IMG/VR virus record: IMGVR_UViG_3300049167_000227
Location: 1-31,064 of that record
Origin: a virus
Lineage: Duplodnaviria > Caudoviricetes
Length of the DNA: 31,064 nucleotides
Direction: 5' to 3' (one strand)
Below are positions 26,258-31,064 of this stretch, one piece after another. The notes beneath the pieces were generated by a model, which searched no databases, had not been told where the DNA came from, and worked only from the letters and a program-made list of their open reading frames with translations. A program made the position numbers and the translations under genes. Position 1 is the stretch's first letter. The number at the start of each line of letters is the position of its first letter.

Positions 26258-27421
26258 ATGCTCGATATCGCCCCCTACAAGCCTATCCTCGGCTTCGCAT
26301 CCTGGGTCCGCGGAGCGCCCCCTGGCTCGCCGATCCAGCACTGCACCACGGGCGATCAGATCAATGCCGCCGCTAAGCTGGCAGACGGCCCGCTCTTCAT
26401 CAGCGTCGAAGGTGACATCTCGGGCGAGAACACCAAGGACAACGTGATCCGCATCGAGCGGGTGAAGCAGATCACCATCATCGGCGACGGCAAGAGCAAG
26501 ATCCGTGGCGTCGGCTTCCGCACGAATGATGCGGAAGACATTGTCTATGCGAACCTCGACATCGGCCAGGTGAATGAGGGGCCAAAGGATTGCATCGGCA
26601 TCGAGGGCGCAAGCCGCGGCGTCGTGGTCCTGCACTGCCACCTGTCCGGCTCGATGGCGAAGAGCAAGGACTATTTCGACGGCTTGGTCGACGTGAAGCA
26701 CGAGGCTTCGGAAGTCTGCCTCGCCTACAACCACTTCCATGATCACCACAAGGCGGTGCTGATCGGGTCGAGCGACAGCGACAAGGGCAATCGCCGCGTC
26801 ACCATCGTGCGGAACTTCTTCGATGACCTGGGCTCGCGTGGTCCGTCCAACCGCTTCGGCGAGGTGCACATCGCCGACAACATCTTCCGCGGCATGGACA
26901 CCAGCGGCATCAACATGCGGATGGGCGCGGTTGGTCTGATCGAGGGGAATGTCTTCGAGCGGGTGAGGCTGCCGATCTGCTCGCTCGACAGCAAGGAAAT
27001 CGGGCGCTGGCATCAGCGCGACAACACCTTCATCGACGTGGAGTGGCCGAAGGTCAGCGGCAAGGCCGTGGCGAGCGGGCAGGACGGCCAGAGCACCACC
27101 GACTGGCAGCCGCCCTATAGCTTCGTCCGCCTACCCGCCGATGAGGTGGTGGCGCATGTCACGCGCTTCGCCGGGCCGCTGCAGCTTGGCGCGGCGGGAC
27201 CGGTGATCGACGGCGAGACGGTGGATCTGCCGGAGCAGCCCGACGCCCAGGAGCCCGAGAAACCGGTGGACGAGCCCGGCCAGACAGGCCAGCCGGGGCA
27301 GGAAGAGACCGAGGTGGTGGATCTCGCCCCCATCGTGGCCGCGCTGGATCGAGCGGAGGCGGGGCTGGATCAGTACAAGGCCGCGCTCGCTGAGGTCCGG
27401 CGGCTGCTGGGGGCAGGGTGA
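26258..27421 (+). CDS. Pectate lyase-like beta-helix protein (polysaccharide lyase family 1)
   Basis: TIIGDG, DCIGIE, DGLVDVK, NHFHDHHKAVLIGSSD, VTI..NFF and SRGPSNRFG (RxPxxR) motifs; no signal peptide; acidic linker and short C-terminal helix. Confidence 0.9.
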   Translation: MLDIAPYKPILGFASWVRGAPPGSPIQHCTTGDQINAAAKLADGPLFISVEGDISGENTKDNVIRIERVKQITIIGDGKSKIRGVGFRTNDAEDIVYANLDIGQVNEGPKDCIGIEGASRGVVVLHCHLSGSMAKSKDYFDGLVDVKHEASEVCLAYNHFHDHHKAVLIGSSDSDKGNRRVTIVRNFFDDLGSRGPSNRFGEVHIADNIFRGMDTSGINMRMGAVGLIEGNVFERVRLPICSLDSKEIGRWHQRDNTFIDVEWPKVSGKAVASGQDGQSTTDWQPPYSFVRLPADEVVAHVTRFAGPLQLGAAGPVIDGETVDLPEQPDAQEPEKPVDEPGQTGQPGQEETEVVDLAPIVAALDRAEAGLDQYKAALAEVRRLLGAG

Positions 27422-27963
27422 TGGGCACCTTCGAAGCGCAGATGGCGAAGACCGCTCTCACTGAGGGCGGCTACGTCAACGACCCGAGCGACAGGGGAGG
27501 GGAGACGAACCACGGTGTGACCGTGGCCGTTGCCCGTGCCTTTGGCTACCGCGGCGCCATGCGGGACCTGACCAAGGACATGGCGCTGGAGATCTACCGC
27601 GCGCGCTACTGGATCCAGCCGGGCTACGACCTCATTGACCGGATCTGCCCCGAGGTCGCGGCGTGGCTGCTGGACACCAGCATCAACATGGGCCAGGCGG
27701 CGGCGGGGAAGATGCTGCAGCGGGCGCTGAACGGCCTGAACGACCAGCAGATCCGCTATCCGGACCTGACCGTCGACGGGCTATGCGGCGCCCTGACCCG
27801 CCATGCCCTGACGCAGTTCCTCGCCTACCGCGGGGCCGAGGGTGTGGTCGTGCTGGTGCGGATGCTGCGGGCCATGCAGATGGGGCGCTATCTGGAAATA
27901 GCAGAGGCTAACCCCAGCCAGGAGCGGTTCCTTTACGGCTGGAGCCGGCGGGCGCTGTGGTAG
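27421..27963 (+). CDS. Endolysin, glycoside hydrolase family 108 with PG_binding_3 domain
   Basis: EGGYVNDPSDRGGETNHGVT catalytic motif; IYR.RYW; VDG.CG..T; QERFLYGW. Confidence 0.95.
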   Translation: MGTFEAQMAKTALTEGGYVNDPSDRGGETNHGVTVAVARAFGYRGAMRDLTKDMALEIYRARYWIQPGYDLIDRICPEVAAWLLDTSINMGQAAAGKMLQRALNGLNDQQIRYPDLTVDGLCGALTRHALTQFLAYRGAEGVVVLVRMLRAMQMGRYLEIAEANPSQERFLYGWSRRALW

Positions 27964-28764
27964 CTACTGATCGTCCGGCTGGGGCGTCATTCCAAATCTT
28001 TCATCAAGGTAGGTTTTCAACTCTTCTGCCAACGCAATCCAGCGCTCAGGCATTTCTTCAATGGTACCTTGCTCGATGCGATCTCTTAAACCGCCAATGA
28101 ATGCCTGCACGTCAGTAAAGTTTAGCCCCGCGAAGTCCGGGTAGCGAAAGCGCCACCAGCGAAGATCTAGCAGCTCCTGAACAATGTTTTCAGGAAAGCG
28201 GTAGCGGATGATCCTTGCAGGGACCCCGCCAACAATTGCATATGGTGGCACATCGCGAGTAACCACGGCGCCTGCTCCGATCACCGCTCCATGGCCGATC
28301 GTAATACCGCCTTTCAGAGTAACGTCTCCGCCGATCCAAACATCGTGGCCGATCTTTGGCGCGCCGCCGTGGGCGAGAAAGGGAACTAAGTCGTAGCTCT
28401 TTCCGAACATACGTTCACCATAAGCTATTCGGTTGGCTTTGTAGGTAAACGGGTGTGTAGAGATGCGATCCATTGGGTGCTCCTCGCCCGTAATTCTGCT
28501 GCCGGCGGCAACGCTGCAATAGCGGCCGACCTCAAAGCCGCGACTGAGCACATAGGAAAATGCGCCAGCCTTGTGGAAGTGCCCTTTTGCCATCGTGCAG
28601 TGGGGCTCGACACGAACCGCCTTTGGAATTCGGACAAGAGATCCGTGCTCGTAAACACCCGCGATACGCCAGGTATGCCCAAGATATACGTTGTTCTTGA
28701 TGAAGAACTCTTCAGCAGCTTCTGACCAGACAAAATCAATGGTGCGCTTACCGACTTCGTACAT
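27964..28764 (-). CDS. CatB/Vat-like hexapeptide-repeat O-acetyltransferase (moron)
   Basis: [10 protein letters not shown]...[49 protein letters not shown] and LRWW; visibly AT-richer; SD GGAG before ATG 28764 (ORF open to 28788). Confidence 0.92.
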   Translation of the reverse strand: MYEVGKRTIDFVWSEAAEEFFIKNNVYLGHTWRIAGVYEHGSLVRIPKAVRVEPHCTMAKGHFHKAGAFSYVLSRGFEVGRYCSVAAGSRITGEEHPMDRISTHPFTYKANRIAYGERMFGKSYDLVPFLAHGGAPKIGHDVWIGGDVTLKGGITIGHGAVIGAGAVVTRDVPPYAIVGGVPARIIRYRFPENIVQELLDLRWWRFRYPDFAGLNFTDVQAFIGGLRDRIEQGTIEEMPERWIALAEELKTYLDERFGMTPQPDDQ

Positions 28765-28927
28765 GATAGCTCCGGGCTCTTGAACCAACCGTGTGTTAAG
28801 CGTCTACCAAGGTTGGCACGGCTGGCATATCTCTCGAATTCAACCTCCCCGCAGTGACGCCTTCCACGCAGCACTTGGTGTCGTTCGAGACGCGGAGAGC
28901 CTGCAGTACAAGGATGTTTCTCCAGAG

Positions 28928-29200
28928 CTGACGCTGAGCAATCGCTAAGCGGCCGTCCTGATCCTCCTCGCGAACAATCTGGGCAGCCTCTCCGTGGCGG
29001 CGCCGACGCTGGTAAACCTCGTGAACGCCCGCAACTGGCGGGCGGCGGCCGAGTAGTTCAAGGCCTACAGGAACTCGGCTGGCAAGCCCTCCCTTGGGCT
29101 TCGGCGGCGGCGGTGGGCGGAGGCTGCCTTCAGCCTTGAGCTGGATGCCCAGGTGGCGCGGAAGCGGGCGTGGGCGGAAATCACGACCGTAGACGGGTGA
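28928..29200 (+). pseudogene. Remnant of a GH24 (RrrD/T4-like) lysozyme, C-terminal half
   Basis: Manual translation: LTLSNR*AAVLILLANNLG...PTLVNLVNARNWRAAAE*FKAYRNSAGKPSLGLRRRRWAEAAF; in-frame stops at 28946 and 29054; 5' half missing. Confidence 0.85.
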
Positions 29201-29221
29201 CCGAAGCTGCCGGGGTAGGGC

Positions 29222-29250
29222 TATAATCCAGCCGCCTAGTCCGATCGGAT
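29222..29250 (+). promoter_or_regulatory. Putative promoter: -10 TATAAT followed by 16-bp motif CCTAGTCCGATCGGAT
   Basis: Perfect -10 hexamer in GC-rich DNA; motif repeated exactly at 30611-30626. Confidence 0.6.
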
Positions 29251-29256
29251 CCAGAG

Positions 29257-29460
29257 ATGGCGCGCAAACCGCTGGGCGGCAAAGGTCCGGTCCGCCGGAT
29301 CGTTAGGACAATCCGCCACGACAGCTCGCCCATGGTGCGCGACCTCCTGGATTGCGGCCACGCGTTGACCCGCCTCGACGACAAGTGGAACCACACCATT
29401 CGCCCGTGCTGGAAGTGCGAGCGCGGCGACGCGCCCGAGGAGCTACCGCGGGCGCGGTAG
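29257..29460 (+). CDS. Small putative Zn-ribbon protein (67 aa)
   Basis: LDCGH...PCWKC ligand pattern; promoter-like site just upstream. Confidence 0.7.
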   Translation: MARKPLGGKGPVRRIVRTIRHDSSPMVRDLLDCGHALTRLDDKWNHTIRPCWKCERGDAPEELPRAR

Positions 29461-29538
29461 CCGCGCGCCCTTGCATCGAGGCAAACCAGCAGGCGTCCGG
29501 AACAGGCACGGGAAGCGAGTGGCTGACCAGGGCCATTA

Positions 29539-29587
29539 AAGAAGCCGTCGGCGGGTGGGGGAGACCTCATCGGCCGGCCGACTTCTT
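29539..29587. terminator. Imperfect hairpin between convergent genes
   Basis: AAGAAG...GTGGGG-GAGA-CCTCAT...CTTCTT stem-loop 4 nt past the thermonuclease stop. Confidence 0.45.
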
Positions 29588-29591
29588 GCGT

Positions 29592-30062
29592 TCACCGCCT
29601 CTCCCGCCGCCACTCCCAAGGCGGCGTGCGCTGGCTCTCCGGCAGCGCCCACACGCCGCGCCGCGCCTGCCGGGCCTCTTCCTCCAGCACCAGCAGCGCC
29701 GGGTCGCGGCTATACCGGCGATACACCCACGCCGCGCCGCGGCGGACCATCTCCGCATTCACATCGACCCGGCCGGCATGGACGCGGCCCACCGTCCGGC
29801 CGTAGCGATCGGTGTCCTGCACGTCGACGCGCACGTCGCGCCGGAAGGCGAGGTCGGACAGCACCTGCCGAGCGCGCGTGCCATAGGGCTGCCGGCTCTC
29901 TGGCGTGTCGATCTCAGCCAGGCGGATCTTCACCTCGCGGCGCTCCGGCGTCAGCAGGGTGAGAGTGTCGCCGTCGGTGATGCCAACCACCCGGCCGCGC
30001 AGCTCCTCGGCTAGCGCAGGGGAGGCGAGGGTGATGAGGAGAACCAGGGTGCGGATGAACAT
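29592..30062 (-). CDS. Secreted thermonuclease (SNase family)
   Basis: Signal peptide MFIRTLVLLITLASPALA; DGDT, IRLAEIDTPE, DRYGRTVG and AR...RGVW motifs. Confidence 0.95.
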   Translation of the reverse strand: MFIRTLVLLITLASPALAEELRGRVVGITDGDTLTLLTPERREVKIRLAEIDTPESRQPYGTRARQVLSDLAFRRDVRVDVQDTDRYGRTVGRVHAGRVDVNAEMVRRGAAWVYRRYSRDPALLVLEEEARQARRGVWALPESQRTPPWEWRRERR

Positions 30063-30106
30063 CGGAAGGGTGTAGCGCGACGCGGTGAAGATGGCGTTGC
30101 TACCGC

Positions 30107-30358
30107 TCACCGTTCGGCCGCCATCACATACGGCGCAGGCAGCCGCCCGTGATCCAGCCACGCATCCACCACGCGGCGGATCTCGGCGATGTTCCCAATC
30201 CCGCCCCACCGGCCGAACTTCCCGTGCGGGGACCCTTCCAGGCTGAAGGTCAGGTTCGTGCCCTGCTTGTTCGAGAGGATCACCGCGCCTCGGTAGTCGT
30301 AAGTCGGGCCGTCGGTGTCGGTGGCAGGCTTCACGGTGCGGAGGGGGTGGTCAGGCAT
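30107..30358 (-). CDS. Hypothetical protein (83 aa)
   Basis: Globular-looking composition, GC3-rich codons, -10-like TATACC 6 nt before ATG. Confidence 0.65.
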   Translation of the reverse strand: MPDHPLRTVKPATDTDGPTYDYRGAVILSNKQGTNLTFSLEGSPHGKFGRWGGIGNIAEIRRVVDAWLDHGRLPAPYVMAAER

Positions 30359-30430
30359 GGGGGCGGTATAGGGGAGGGCGTGATGGCCTCGTAGCCCTGG
30401 CGGCAGGTGAGGCGAGCACGTAGCATTGCT

Positions 30431-30513
30431 TCAGCGAGGATCGGGGCTACCGATCCGGCTGAGCCGCCCGGAGGGTTGGGACAAATCCCGCTAACCCGCC
30501 GGGCGGCTTTTTT
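30431..30513 (+). ncRNA. Candidate small RNA 1 (hairpin plus intrinsic terminator)
   Basis: -10-like TAGCAT 30421-30426; hairpin TCAGC..GGATCGG-GGCTA-CCGATCC.GCTGA; stem GCCGCCCGG...CCGGGCGGC then T6. Confidence 0.5.
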
Positions 30514-30565
30514 GCATCTCGTCCCGCGCCTGTGCTCCCAATCCCAGGTGGCCGGGTTATCCACA

Positions 30566-30580
30566 GAACAAAGCTGGTAC
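30566..30580 (+). promoter_or_regulatory. Alphaproteobacterial LexA (SOS) box-like GAAC-N7-GTAC
   Basis: GAAC AAAGCTG GTAC overlapping the expected -35 position of the TATGCT promoter at 30598. Confidence 0.4.
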
Positions 30581-30610
30581 ACAACTGATAGGCGAGTTAT
30601 GCTTCGCGAA

Positions 30611-30677
30611 CCTAGTCCGATCGGATGATGGTGGGGCCGGTGGTGCTGGACGGGGGTTCAGCCTGCCGGCCTTTTTT
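30611..30677 (+). ncRNA. Candidate small RNA 2 (16-bp motif plus intrinsic terminator)
   Basis: -10-like TATGCT 30598-30603; starts CCTAGTCCGATCGGAT; stem GGCCGG..GCTGGAC-GGGG-GTTCAGC..CCGGCC then T6. Confidence 0.5.
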
Positions 30678-30872
30678 CGTTTCCCGGCCCGGTTATCCAC
30701 AGCGTTACCCACAGCCACTGTGCATGAAATCACAAAGGCGAGTGAGGCGCTTGCGCGCTCAACTTGGGGTTGTGTCACAGCAATGATGAACACATGCTGC
30801 GCCGCAGCGCCGGGTAGCGCGCTACTTCCGATCCCAGGCCCTCGTCCTGCCCCTCCAGGGCGGGGGTTCGGA

Positions 30873-31064
30873 TCAGCCTTTGTCCACCGCCACCACCACG
30901 CGCGGCACCCGCACCGGCTCCCCCATATCCAGCGAACTGACCTCGACCGTGACGAGCAGCCCCGCATCGGCAGCTTGCTCTATCGCTTGGTTCAGGATGT
31001 CGGCTGCGGCTCGGACGGCAGCGACCAACTCCATGTCGCGGCGAACCTCGGGGGAAAGCTCCAT
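30873..31064 (-). CDS. Hypothetical protein (63 aa)
   Basis: Amphipathic helix plus beta-strand pattern; begins at the window edge. Confidence 0.65.
   Translation of the reverse strand: MELSPEVRRDMELVAAVRAAADILNQAIEQAADAGLLVTVEVSSLDMGEPVRVPRVVVAVDKG

Larger units (their letters stand above)
30557..30713 (+). promoter_or_regulatory. DnaA-box cluster
   Basis: TTATCCACA at 30557-30565 and 30693-30701; one-mismatch TTACCCACA at 30705-30713. Confidence 0.55.

Noticed and set aside
27964-28764. Calling the acetyltransferase an antibiotic-resistance gene (catB/vat)
   Set aside because: Hexapeptide motifs are shared with many sugar O-acetyltransferases, and the substrate cannot be read from the sequence.
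28946-29056. Stop-codon reassignment or readthrough in the GH24 frame
   Set aside because: TAA and TAG end many intact genes in this window and the 5' half of the gene is missing; pseudogenisation is simpler.

Overview
GC-rich temperate phage/prophage segment, probably from an alphaproteobacterium (host is an inference). 1-8738 holds a lambda-like packaging and head module: terminase, gpW, portal, S49 protease, scaffold-like protein, gpD, gpE and neck genes. 8748-18755 holds a Mu-like contractile tail and baseplate. 18765-22998 holds receptor-binding genes, including a large SGNH-esterase tail protein. The lysis region has a 3TM-type holin, a PL1 pectate-lyase-like gene and a GH108 endolysin, plus a decayed GH24 lysozyme. 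The most unusual parts are accessory: (i) an antisense cassette (23996-25473) with three diverged paralogues of an unknown 67-85 aa protein and one membrane protein, separated by a repeated GCCGCC-Y-GGCGGC palindrome; (ii) a pectate lyase inside the lysis cassette, next to an O-acetyltransferase moron; (iii) a non-coding right end with two promoter-hairpin-terminator units, a 16-bp motif shared with the leader of a small Zn-ribbon gene, a LexA-like box and DnaA boxes. All product calls come from motif recognition and gene order, not database searches.
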